Below are positions 35,607-44,234 of a stretch of 64,000 nt of DNA, piece after piece. This DNA comes from an uncultured Candidatus Saccharibacteria bacterium (lineage in GTDB: Bacteria; Patescibacteriota; Minisyncoccia; Phycocordibacterales; UBA2100). The position numbers and the translations under genes are program-made. The notes below the pieces were generated by a model that did not search any database, was not told the DNA's origin, and saw only the letters and a program-made list of their open reading frames with translations. Every line of letters begins with the position of its first letter. Within the stretch, counting starts at the first letter, position 1. The stretch spans positions 26,409 to 90,408 of the forward strand of contig CAYTFU010000003.1 in assembly GCA_964437185.1 (NCBI GenBank), given 5' to 3'.

Positions 35607-37391
35607 CTATCCTTCTCGCACGACTTTCAGAAAGACGTCGTGTGGAATATCTACCTTGCCGCGAGCAAGCATTTTCTTTTTCCCTTTTTTCTGTTTTTCT
35701 CGCAATTTCATCTTTCGCGTAATGTCGCCTCCGTAGAGATATCCCGTCACATCTTTGCGCATGGCAGATTTGCGACGCGACGCGATGATTCGCCCCATGG
35801 TCTTCGCCTGAATTTTGAGTTCAAACATTTGGCGCGGAAGCAATTTCTCAAGCTTTTCTACCATCGCCTCTGCTTCATGCTGTACCCGACGGCGCGACAC
35901 GATGCGCGCAAAAGCGGGCACGGGCTCTTCTGCGACAAGTATATCGAGGCGGACCACATCCGCGTTGCGCATACCGAGTAATTCGTAGGAGAGCGACGCA
36001 AAGCCGCTCGACACACTCTTGAGTCGGTCGAAGAAACCTCGCATGAGTTCGCGCAACGGCATTTCGGCCGCGAGGCGCGTTTTTCCATCGGGAAGTGTCT
36101 CGGTTTCGCCGACCACCGCTTCGTGATCGTAGAGAAGCTGCGTAATCACTCCGAGATGTTCGGGTGGTGAAATTACAAATACTTTCGCCCACGGTTCATG
36201 GACTTCTTTTGCGGTACCGTCGTCGGGAAAGCGTGCGGGCGAGTATATATGTTCTATCTCGCCGTTTGCTTTTACGATCTCATAGACGGTTGTGGGCATG
36301 GTTACGACGAGTTCGAGAGAAAATTCCCGCCGTAAACGCTCGATCACGATCTCGAGATGAAGCATGCCGAGGAATCCGCAACGAAAACCTTTGCCCATCA
36401 CACCTGAGGACTCTTCTTCATACGAAAGCGACGAGTCCGAGAGACGGAGGCGCTCCAGCGATTGCCGCACGATTGTGAGATCGTCTTGGCTCTCTGGATA
36501 CACGCTTGCCCAAATGACAGGCGTGGGGGAACGATATCCAAAAAGACCCGGCGCGGGATTTCGAACCGACGTCACGGTATCTCCCACAGACGCGATTCCA
36601 GGCTTCTTAATGCCGGTAACCACGTACCCGATTTCCCCTTCGTGTATTCGCTCGGTTGGTCGCTCCTCGGGCATAAGAACTCCGACTTCAAGCGCGACGA
36701 AATCCGCCTCTCCCGCAACGAGCCGCAGGGAATCGCCCTTGGCGATGGAGCCTCCAAATACGCGCATAAAAACGATCACGCCGCGGTGATCGGAGTATCC
36801 AAAATCAAACACAAGCGCCTGCACACCCGTATTTGCAGGTACCGGTGCGGGTATATTCTCTACAATAGCGTTTAACACTTCTACGACTCCCGCACCCGTC
36901 TTCCCCGAGGCGCGCAAGACTTCCGATTCCGGACATTTGAGCAGGAGCGCGAGTTCACTCACGATGTCGTCTACGCGCGCGTGAGGGGCATCAATCTTCG
37001 AAACAATAGGAATAATTTTTAGATTCAGTTCCTGTGCGACTGAAAGTACGGAAAGCGTTTGTGCCTCCACCCCTTGCGTCGAGTCTACGAGCAAAAGCAC
37101 GCCTTCGACGGCGGTGAGCGCGCGCGACACTTCGTATGCAAAATCCACGTGCCCGGGCGTGTCGATGAGGTTGAGTATGTATTCCTCTCCCTTATGATTC
37201 CACTTCATCCGCACCGGCTGCATTTTGATCGTAATGCCGCGTTCACGCTCCAAATCCATCCGGTCGAGCACTTGCTCCTGCATGCGACGCGGCTCGATCG
37301 TGCCCGTAAGTTCAAGCATGCGATCAGCCAGCGTCGATTTGCCGTGGTCGATATGAGCAATAATACTAAAATTTCTAATTCGTGAAGACAT
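35607..37391 (-). CDS. lepA: Elongation factor 4 (LepA)
   Basis: NFSIIAHIDHGKSTLADR G-domain and LepA-specific C-terminal domain. Confidence 0.9.
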   Translation of the reverse strand: MSSRIRNFSIIAHIDHGKSTLADRMLELTGTIEPRRMQEQVLDRMDLERERGITIKMQPVRMKWNHKGEEYILNLIDTPGHVDFAYEVSRALTAVEGVLLLVDSTQGVEAQTLSVLSVAQELNLKIIPIVSKIDAPHARVDDIVSELALLLKCPESEVLRASGKTGAGVVEVLNAIVENIPAPVPANTGVQALVFDFGYSDHRGVIVFMRVFGGSIAKGDSLRLVAGEADFVALEVGVLMPEERPTERIHEGEIGYVVTGIKKPGIASVGDTVTSVRNPAPGLFGYRSPTPVIWASVYPESQDDLTIVRQSLERLRLSDSSLSYEEESSGVMGKGFRCGFLGMLHLEIVIERLRREFSLELVVTMPTTVYEIVKANGEIEHIYSPARFPDDGTAKEVHEPWAKVFVISPPEHLGVITQLLYDHEAVVGETETLPDGKTRLAAEMPLRELMRGFFDRLKSVSSGFASLSYELLGMRNADVVRLDILVAEEPVPAFARIVSRRRVQHEAEAMVEKLEKLLPRQMFELKIQAKTMGRIIASRRKSAMRKDVTGYLYGGDITRKMKLREKQKKGKKKMLARGKVDIPHDVFLKVVREG

Positions 37392-37394
37392 ACG

Positions 37395-39104
37395 TTATTG
37401 AGGTCCCGTGAGACTTCCCTCTTCAGCAGAAGCAACGACCGCCACGCCGCGCGGCGTCGATAGCGACTTACGCCATAGGCGATCGTGAATGGCGGAAGCG
37501 TTGTCTTTAAATTCACTGTTGCCGAGGAGCCAATATACAAGAGCGCACGACAGAATACCACACATACCGCCGATAAAGCCTCGAGACAAGACTGAGAGCG
37601 TTGTCGAGGCGAGCGAAATGGGACCTATCGCCCCCAGCACAACGTACGTGACCGCACCTCCCACGAGCGCCGCAAACGCACTTTCACTCCACGATTGTAT
37701 AACCTGCTGGAAAAACCCTCTGAACGTGCGCTCAAAATGGAGAAGCAGCACGAGCGTGCTCACAATCGCAACCAACGAATACGCAAACGCGAGTGTGAGA
37801 ATGCTACTTCCCGGAACTCCGGTCACGCGCAAGATTTCCTGCCCCACGAGCATGAGCAACTCGTTCTGAAAAAAACCGATAAGCACAGCGCTGAGAGCAA
37901 CGGTTGCGACGGCCGTCCCCGCCGCAACGGCAAATGGTACAAGCGTGCGGCCAGCAGCGTAGTACCCACGGACAAGAAGCAGCGTGAGGCTCTGAAAGAC
38001 AAGCGATACGGCGAGCAGCCCAAATGCCGCAGCGGTGAGCCGCGTGTCAGTCCAGTCAAACGATCCAGCGCCAAGCACCACCCGCACCATGTGTGCGCGC
38101 AAAACGATGATCAGCGCGGTAATCGGAAGCGACCAAAAGAATATGTGCCGCGCGGCAGTTGCAATGTGCGATATGAAAGCGCTTTGCTCTCCGCGCGCCA
38201 TAGCCGCTGCCAAGGTCGGAAATGCCGCGACGGAATACGATGCGCCCACAATGGCCAAAGGTACCGCTTGAAGGTTGTACGCAAACATGAACACCGCGAT
38301 AGACCCAGAAGCGAGCAATCCCGCAAGCGCCGTAAGACCGAGAAAGGTGATTTGATTCATCGAAAGTGCAAAAGCGCGCGGTACGGATATCCGGACAGTT
38401 TCGGCGATTGCTCTCATATCCAGCGTGCGCGGCATTGCGTGAAAGAATCCATCTCCAAACGTCGTGGGTATTTGAATCGCGAAGTGCAAAAAGGCCCCTA
38501 GGACGACACCTATAGCCAATCCGGCTGCGCCCCACAACGGATACAACACCAGCACTCCAACGATGATGCCGAGATTGTAGAGAAGTGGCGAAAGCGCATA
38601 GAGGGCGTAGCGATGTCGCGCCTGAGTTATTGCCGCACAAATGTTTGAAAAGCCCAGAAAAATCGGCTGAAGCAGCATGATGCGCGTGAGCAATAAGAGA
38701 TCGGTATCGGCGGACATAAGCTGCGGGAAAAAGAGCTGGAGCAATGCTGGGGCCGCGATGTACGCAATAATCGAAACGATAATTGCGAGTGTGGAAAATC
38801 CAGCAAGAATGGTGTCGATATATTTTTTCTGCGCGTCAGGAGCTCGCTTGGCCAGCTCTGGAATAAGCACATAGACCGAGACGAGTGCGCCAATCGCGAC
38901 GAAAATAATGTCGGGTATTCGAAATGCCGCGTAATACACATCAAGCGTTGCTGACGCGCCAAACGCACTTGCCAGCATGCGGTCGCGCAGGAGGGCGAGA
39001 AGCGACGAAAGAAGAGCGGATGACGCGAGAATGTAAACAGCAATGTGCAGGCCTCGGACTTCGTAAGAGAGAAATTTAAACGCCCGCCCCGTTAGAGCGA
39101 TCAT
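37395..39104 (-). CDS. murJ: Lipid II flippase MurJ (MviN)
   Basis: 569-aa 14-TM protein with MurJ N-terminal signature ...RDRMLASAFGASATLDVYYAAFRIPD. Confidence 0.8.
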   Translation of the reverse strand: MIALTGRAFKFLSYEVRGLHIAVYILASSALLSSLLALLRDRMLASAFGASATLDVYYAAFRIPDIIFVAIGALVSVYVLIPELAKRAPDAQKKYIDTILAGFSTLAIIVSIIAYIAAPALLQLFFPQLMSADTDLLLLTRIMLLQPIFLGFSNICAAITQARHRYALYALSPLLYNLGIIVGVLVLYPLWGAAGLAIGVVLGAFLHFAIQIPTTFGDGFFHAMPRTLDMRAIAETVRISVPRAFALSMNQITFLGLTALAGLLASGSIAVFMFAYNLQAVPLAIVGASYSVAAFPTLAAAMARGEQSAFISHIATAARHIFFWSLPITALIIVLRAHMVRVVLGAGSFDWTDTRLTAAAFGLLAVSLVFQSLTLLLVRGYYAAGRTLVPFAVAAGTAVATVALSAVLIGFFQNELLMLVGQEILRVTGVPGSSILTLAFAYSLVAIVSTLVLLLHFERTFRGFFQQVIQSWSESAFAALVGGAVTYVVLGAIGPISLASTTLSVLSRGFIGGMCGILSCALVYWLLGNSEFKDNASAIHDRLWRKSLSTPRGVAVVASAEEGSLTGPQ

Positions 39105-39255
39105 ACTACGGTTTTAATAAGTAAAATATTTAAAAGTCGCAAATCTGGAACACGCTCTAACGGGGCAAGATTCATCATATCTATTCAGTCAGAAATACCG
39201 CCATATTCATGCGGATGGTATCACACTACACACAAACCCGCCGTGAGGCGGGGTT

Positions 39256-39762
39256 GTGTGTTTCTGCGTAATGAGCCGGATTCTGTGCCGATTCTGTCCA
39301 CCGCAGGTGGTTACAGAATCGAGCATCCTGCGAAGCCTTGGCGAAGCAGGATAGTACCATAGTACTTCTCCGCTAAAGCTACGAAGCATACTCGATTTTG
39401 CAACTGCCTGCGGCAGGCAAAATCGGTAGCAACCATGTATCTAGCCCCGAGATTGCTCGCGGGGTCGAGCGACTCTCCCGTGAGATATCCAATTGGTGTA
39501 TCCCATGGGCACGGTCTTGCACGCGGGTAGGATTTTTGCCGTTGCACCCCCAACGTCTCCATTGGGGCTAATGCGATGAGATGACATCTCATCGCATCCC
39601 CTTGCTTCTCAGCTTGGGCGTCTCTGTTCGCATCCCTAGGATTACCCCGGCGGGCGTTACCCGCTACCGTCCTCCACCTTCCTTTCGAAACGTGGGCGTG
39701 TCCGGACTTTCCTAACCATCTCTCCGAAGATCGATGGCTCAGCTGCCTAACGCAGAGAACCA
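39256..39762 (-). ncRNA. rnpB: RNase P RNA (bacterial type A-like) with an inserted palindromic hairpin
   Basis: On the minus strand: P4 5' strand GGTTAGGAAAGTCCGGACACG, P4 3' strand CACAGAATCCGGCTCATTACGCAG, P1 pairing GTTCTCTGCGTTA / TTACGCAGAAAC, internal GGGTAACGCCCGCCGGGG. Ends are approximate. Confidence 0.7.
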
Positions 39763-39837
39763 TTCTACTGCATATTGACAAAATCATCAAGTAATAGTAT
39801 AAATAATTTTAGAATAACAACGGGGGATACGATCATG

Positions 39838-40026
39838 CGTTCGCCTATGCAGAAAAGGGCGGTGAAGGCCGCTATGTGGGTGGCGGTACTCGGATTAGCT
39901 TTGGCAGTACTAGGGCTCATGCTTTGGCCTTACGCCTCCTCGCTGGGGGCTCCGGTACTTTTTATAGTCCCGTTCCTAATCTTCGTCTTGGCTTTATTAT
40001 GCTGGGGTTTGAGCCGGGAGGATTAA
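39838..40026 (+). CDS. Small membrane protein (hypothetical)
   Basis: MRSPMQKRAVKAAMWVAVLGLALAVLGLMLWPY... with two TM segments; followed by a terminator. Confidence 0.4.
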   Translation, partial: RSPMQKRAVKAAMWVAVLGLALAVLGLMLWPYASSLGAPVLFIVPFLIFVLALLCWGLSRED

Positions 40027-40029
40027 ACT

Positions 40030-40090
40030 GCCCGACGAACGAGAAAGTAGCCCTGCGGCACTTTCTTCCGTCGGGCTCTTTCTTTTTTAT
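40030..40090 (+). terminator. Rho-independent terminator (long hairpin plus T-tract)
   Basis: GCCCGACG...CCGTCGGGC followed by TCTTTCTTTTTT. Confidence 0.6.
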
Positions 40091-40097
40091 CGCTCAC

Positions 40098-42455
40098 TTA
40101 GATGATCTCGCACGTCCCTCCCGCGCACGCCAATTCCTTCGCTTGTTCGGTCTCGTCGGTGCGCTCGTACACAATGAGCTTCGAGTAATCGATGACCGGG
40201 AACTTCGCAGCAAGTGCCTCGTACGTCTTTTTGTCGATCGTCTCGTACGGTGCGAGGCGATACACGTGATTCTCGCGCGGGAGGAATGAGAGGCCGCCGA
40301 TTATGTCCCAATTGTCCGAGATCCAGGCGACCACTGCTACCCATTCTTCGTCGCCGACAGAAATCGTCGCGGAAGGATTGTGTTCGGTGAAGTTGAGCTT
40401 GACCATCTTCCAATATTCGAGCTGCTGAATTGCGGTCAGATCATTTTTGAATACCGATCCGCTCGGCGCCTTCACCGGAAATTCAAGGACAAAGGTACTC
40501 GCGTCGTGGGCCTGTTGCCCGACTTCGGGATGAGCTTGTACGCCCTGATCACGCATCATCTTGTAGAGCGAGTCCGTCGCAGAGATACGGACGCGGCGGA
40601 TGTAGTACTGCGAATGACGTGGGTGAATACCCGAAGAGCAGTTGAAGGTCTGGGACACAGTGCCCGATGGCTTCACGCAAGTAATCGAGCTGGACGGATT
40701 GACGCCAAACCGCTTCGCGTACATTGCATTGGTGCGCTTCGTCGCCTCACGCATTTTTCGCATGACCTTTGGATCGCGAACGGCCGGGCAATCCCACTGA
40801 CCGGTGATCGAGACGCCGAGCAAACGCTCTGCCTCACAATTCTCCTGCCAATCCTTCGAAATGTAGTTGAACTTCGTGAGTGTGGACTGGTAGGTACCGA
40901 GAAGCGTCGCGAGACGAGCTTTGCGAAGAAGCGAAACTTCCGTGTCGTCGGCTCGCGCGATCACCTCAGAGAGATTACAAAACTGCTTTGATTGAAGAAT
41001 GATCTCTCCACACGGATTGGTGCCCACCTGGCCGATGAAGCCGTTTTTCTTGCCATGCTTTTTCTGGAGAAGCGCAATTCGGCGCTCAGGCATTGTCTTT
41101 TCGAGCGAGCCTCGATTGAAGATGCCTCTCTCACCCGTACCGCTCTTCATAAGCGCCACCCACTCATCCATAAGCTCAGCATTCGTGGGCTTCATCTCAT
41201 AAACGGCGGAATTGTTGGCAACGGATCGGTATGGATCAGTGAGGAAAAATTGTCCTTTCTTTGCGTCTCGAATCTCTACGTCGTCGAGATCAGAAAGCGA
41301 GATCATTGCGGTGCGGCGCACGCCGCCCGCGACCACGCACTCACCGATCTTACAGATGATGTCGTGCGCGTCGATGTTGCGAAGGCGCCTTCCCTGTCGG
41401 CGAAGAATGCGCTCGCGCGCAAAGGCAAGCAAGCTGCGCAGCGGCTCGGGGCCGGAAGCCTTGCCTCCCATCGTCTTCAAGCGCGCGCCTGCGGGGCGAA
41501 TCAAAGAAAAATCAAATTCAATGTCTTTGCCCGAGTACCATGCTTTGAGTCCGAGCGTGAGCGCGTCGCACCAACCCTCTTTCGTATCAACGACAACGTG
41601 CGTCCCCAATTTTTCTCCTGTCTGCTTTTCAATTTGCGGAAGCTGCTGCACGTTTTGACTCTCGACGGCGTATCCGACACCACATCCCTGCATCGAGAGA
41701 TACATAATCTCGGCAAAATCTTCGAGCTTCACCGGCGCGGTGAAGGAGCAGTTGTAGAAACACGTGTTGCACTTGCGAGCGGGACCACCGGCAAACTGCA
41801 TCGCGCGCATGCTCGGCATCACCTCTTGATTCAAAATCGCTTGGCGAATTTCCGCATACTCTTTTTTGCTGAGCTTGTCGCCAAGATTTTCTTTCATAAA
41901 TCCAACGTAGCGATCGACGGTCTCGATCCACGTCTCGCGTCGCTGCTCGCTCTCGATCCACCGCGCGTAAGTGCGCAAATAGATAAATTCTCCGAGCGCG
42001 TTGTTTTTGAAATACTGCTTACTCTCTTCCGCGAGCTTCTTCACATGCTCCGGCACCTCACCCTGCTCCTTGCGAAGCTTGGATCGCTCCGCGCGATACA
42101 AAATGTACGCCTTTGCGGTCGCCACGTAATCAGAGAGTATGAGCTGCCGCTCCACTTCGTCTTGGCACCCTTCGACGGTCGGTAAAAAGTTCTTGTACGT
42201 CTTCGCAATGCGCATCATTTCGCTCGCCACCTTGTGCGCGACAACAGTCGCCTCATCAGAAGATCCTTCATTTGAAGCGATCATCGCCTTATGAATCACG
42301 CCGACTATTTTTGGGAAATCAAACGGCACAATTCGTCCGTCGCGCTTCTGTATCTGAGATAAATATTTTTTGTACACTCGAATCGCAGCACTATCACTCG
42401 CTGCGGGGGCGACCTTTGCTCTCACCAAACGTGTTGTGGCTCTTGTCATGCGCAT
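40098..42455 (-). CDS. nrdJ: Class II (adenosylcobalamin-dependent) ribonucleotide reductase NrdJ
   Basis: 785-aa monomeric RNR with ATP-cone-less N-terminus, catalytic Cys region and C-terminal CxxC...C tail (ELACAGGTCEI). Confidence 0.85.
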   Translation of the reverse strand: MRMTRATTRLVRAKVAPAASDSAAIRVYKKYLSQIQKRDGRIVPFDFPKIVGVIHKAMIASNEGSSDEATVVAHKVASEMMRIAKTYKNFLPTVEGCQDEVERQLILSDYVATAKAYILYRAERSKLRKEQGEVPEHVKKLAEESKQYFKNNALGEFIYLRTYARWIESEQRRETWIETVDRYVGFMKENLGDKLSKKEYAEIRQAILNQEVMPSMRAMQFAGGPARKCNTCFYNCSFTAPVKLEDFAEIMYLSMQGCGVGYAVESQNVQQLPQIEKQTGEKLGTHVVVDTKEGWCDALTLGLKAWYSGKDIEFDFSLIRPAGARLKTMGGKASGPEPLRSLLAFARERILRRQGRRLRNIDAHDIICKIGECVVAGGVRRTAMISLSDLDDVEIRDAKKGQFFLTDPYRSVANNSAVYEMKPTNAELMDEWVALMKSGTGERGIFNRGSLEKTMPERRIALLQKKHGKKNGFIGQVGTNPCGEIILQSKQFCNLSEVIARADDTEVSLLRKARLATLLGTYQSTLTKFNYISKDWQENCEAERLLGVSITGQWDCPAVRDPKVMRKMREATKRTNAMYAKRFGVNPSSSITCVKPSGTVSQTFNCSSGIHPRHSQYYIRRVRISATDSLYKMMRDQGVQAHPEVGQQAHDASTFVLEFPVKAPSGSVFKNDLTAIQQLEYWKMVKLNFTEHNPSATISVGDEEWVAVVAWISDNWDIIGGLSFLPRENHVYRLAPYETIDKKTYEALAAKFPVIDYSKLIVYERTDETEQAKELACAGGTCEII

Positions 42456-42559
42456 GTTCGACTACACCTCTCTATTAATCCCCTTGTCTATTGAATCGGA
42501 GATATATTGTACTCCTCCAGTGGTCGATTTGGGAGCAGAAAAAACTGTGGAAAACTCCC

Positions 42560-43111
42560 TTAAAGTCGCACAATATCGCCTATCGCTATTTTATGTTGAT
42601 CTGTATAGCCCGCCGGAAGCTCCAAAACGTAGCGCACAGGCAGAGGGGGCTCAAAACTCGTGGGATACGTGCTCGGGGACACACTTTTTGCAATATGTAC
42701 AATCTTTCCTTCCGCTGAGATCCACACGATGTCGATAGAAAAGAGCATATCCTTCATCCAAAAGGCATACACGCCATCTTCCGGAAAAACGAAAAGCATT
42801 CCTTCGTCTGGTTCGAGCCCACCTCTTCCACTCAAACCCTTCTGTCGCAACTCCGGCGTGTCGACGACGGTAACTCTAATTGCAGCGCCATTCAGATAGA
42901 TAGTTTCCTGGCTCGCATTCGCCTCGCCTCCTGTCTGCTTGCCTACGTCAACGGGATTCCTGGCGATGCCCGTGATCCACAGAAGAAGCGTAAAAAAAAC
43001 TACGCCCGCGCACGTCAGTACGATACTGCGCCACATGAATGCCAATCCTACACTATTGATCGCGTCTGCGCGCGGCTTATTTGTGCGATGCGACGATCCG
43101 CTCGTACACAT
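42560..43111 (-). CDS. DUF192 (COG1430) family protein
   Basis: N-terminal TM; conserved DUF192 blocks ...PELRQKGLSGR...GMLFVFP...FWMKDMLFSIDIVWI... . Confidence 0.65.
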   Translation of the reverse strand: MCTSGSSHRTNKPRADAINSVGLAFMWRSIVLTCAGVVFFTLLLWITGIARNPVDVGKQTGGEANASQETIYLNGAAIRVTVVDTPELRQKGLSGRGGLEPDEGMLFVFPEDGVYAFWMKDMLFSIDIVWISAEGKIVHIAKSVSPSTYPTSFEPPLPVRYVLELPAGYTDQHKIAIGDIVRL

Positions 43112-44222
43112 TGAGATAGGAATCCGTCATCCTCTGAATGGTGAAGTGGTCTATAACTCGCTTTCGACAAGCGTGCCGCATTGCTTTGTACTCCCTCGGA
43201 TCCAAATCATAGATTTTTTGGACAGCCTCGCGCAACCCTTCCACGCCTGTTTTTTTGATAATCCAGTCTCCGCGAACATTTGCTTCGGAAGAATTCACTA
43301 TAAAACCTGTTACTCCATCTTCGACAACTTCAGGTATTGATCCGCGAGCAAACGCTACAACGGGCGTGCCGCAGCTCATGGCTTCAATAAGTACGAGGCC
43401 AAACTGCTCCTCGCATGATACGGGCAAGAAAAACAACTTGCTTTCTTGGTAGTGTCGGATGAGCTGGTGTCGGTTGAGATCTGTCTCGATTGTGATTTGT
43501 GAAGCAGAATCTTGGGTACCAACCTGGCCGAGAACTGATTCTTGATACCACTGGGCATGTTCTCTTTTTGGGATTCCAAATAGTCTGGCCTCACGACCAA
43601 GATCATGAGCAACAGCAATAGCAATGTCCGCGCCTTTTTCAGGAATCATACGCCCGGCCCACATTATGCACCTCCCCCCATCGGGGCTAAACCCGAATGT
43701 ATCTGGATCTATACCGTGATAGATCGTATCCGCATATCGCAGATCCGGCAGCAATTTTCTCAGCGCATTGCTCGCCGACACAAAGTGCACATGCGGCAAT
43801 TCTCTGAAAAAACCGAAAAATCTCCGCACGTAGTCCGCATCATGCATGTTGTGGATAGTGATGATGATTGGTTTTTTGACAAATGGGGCAAAAGGGAGCG
43901 CTATATCGCCGTCGCCAATATTTATGTGGTATATATCAAAATCATCTTGCATGCCAAACGCCTTAGAGATGAGCGCTTGTTCAAAAAGGATGTGCTTACC
44001 GGACGTTGCGAGACTTACGTCCGCCGATGATGGAAGGTGATCAATACTTACCGTACGCACCGGGAGCTCTGACGCGCCGGAGGCAAATGCAGTCACATTG
44101 AGCGAGGTGCTGCTCAGACGCTTCGCGAGTTCCTCCGCGTAACTGTAAATAAACACCGCCGTGCCGTTCGGAGTTCCCTTCCTCATATTGAAGTAATTGG
44201 AGCAAATCAGCGCGACATTCAT
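43077..44222 (-). CDS. Glycosyltransferase family 4 (GT-B fold)
   Basis: [29 protein letters not shown]...GFIV: the GT4 E-x7-E region. Confidence 0.8.
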   Translation of the reverse strand: MNVALICSNYFNMRKGTPNGTAVFIYSYAEELAKRLSSTSLNVTAFASGASELPVRTVSIDHLPSSADVSLATSGKHILFEQALISKAFGMQDDFDIYHINIGDGDIALPFAPFVKKPIIITIHNMHDADYVRRFFGFFRELPHVHFVSASNALRKLLPDLRYADTIYHGIDPDTFGFSPDGGRCIMWAGRMIPEKGADIAIAVAHDLGREARLFGIPKREHAQWYQESVLGQVGTQDSASQITIETDLNRHQLIRHYQESKLFFLPVSCEEQFGLVLIEAMSCGTPVVAFARGSIPEVVEDGVTGFIVNSSEANVRGDWIIKKTGVEGLREAVQKIYDLDPREYKAMRHACRKRVIDHFTIQRMTDSYLNVYERIVASHK

Positions 44223-44234
44223 ACTACAAACTCG

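Noticed and set aside
42456-42560. NrdR box upstream of nrdJ
   Set aside because: Only a weak AT-rich near-palindrome (GAGATATATTGTACTC) was seen and no nrdR gene is in the window. Insufficient to call.
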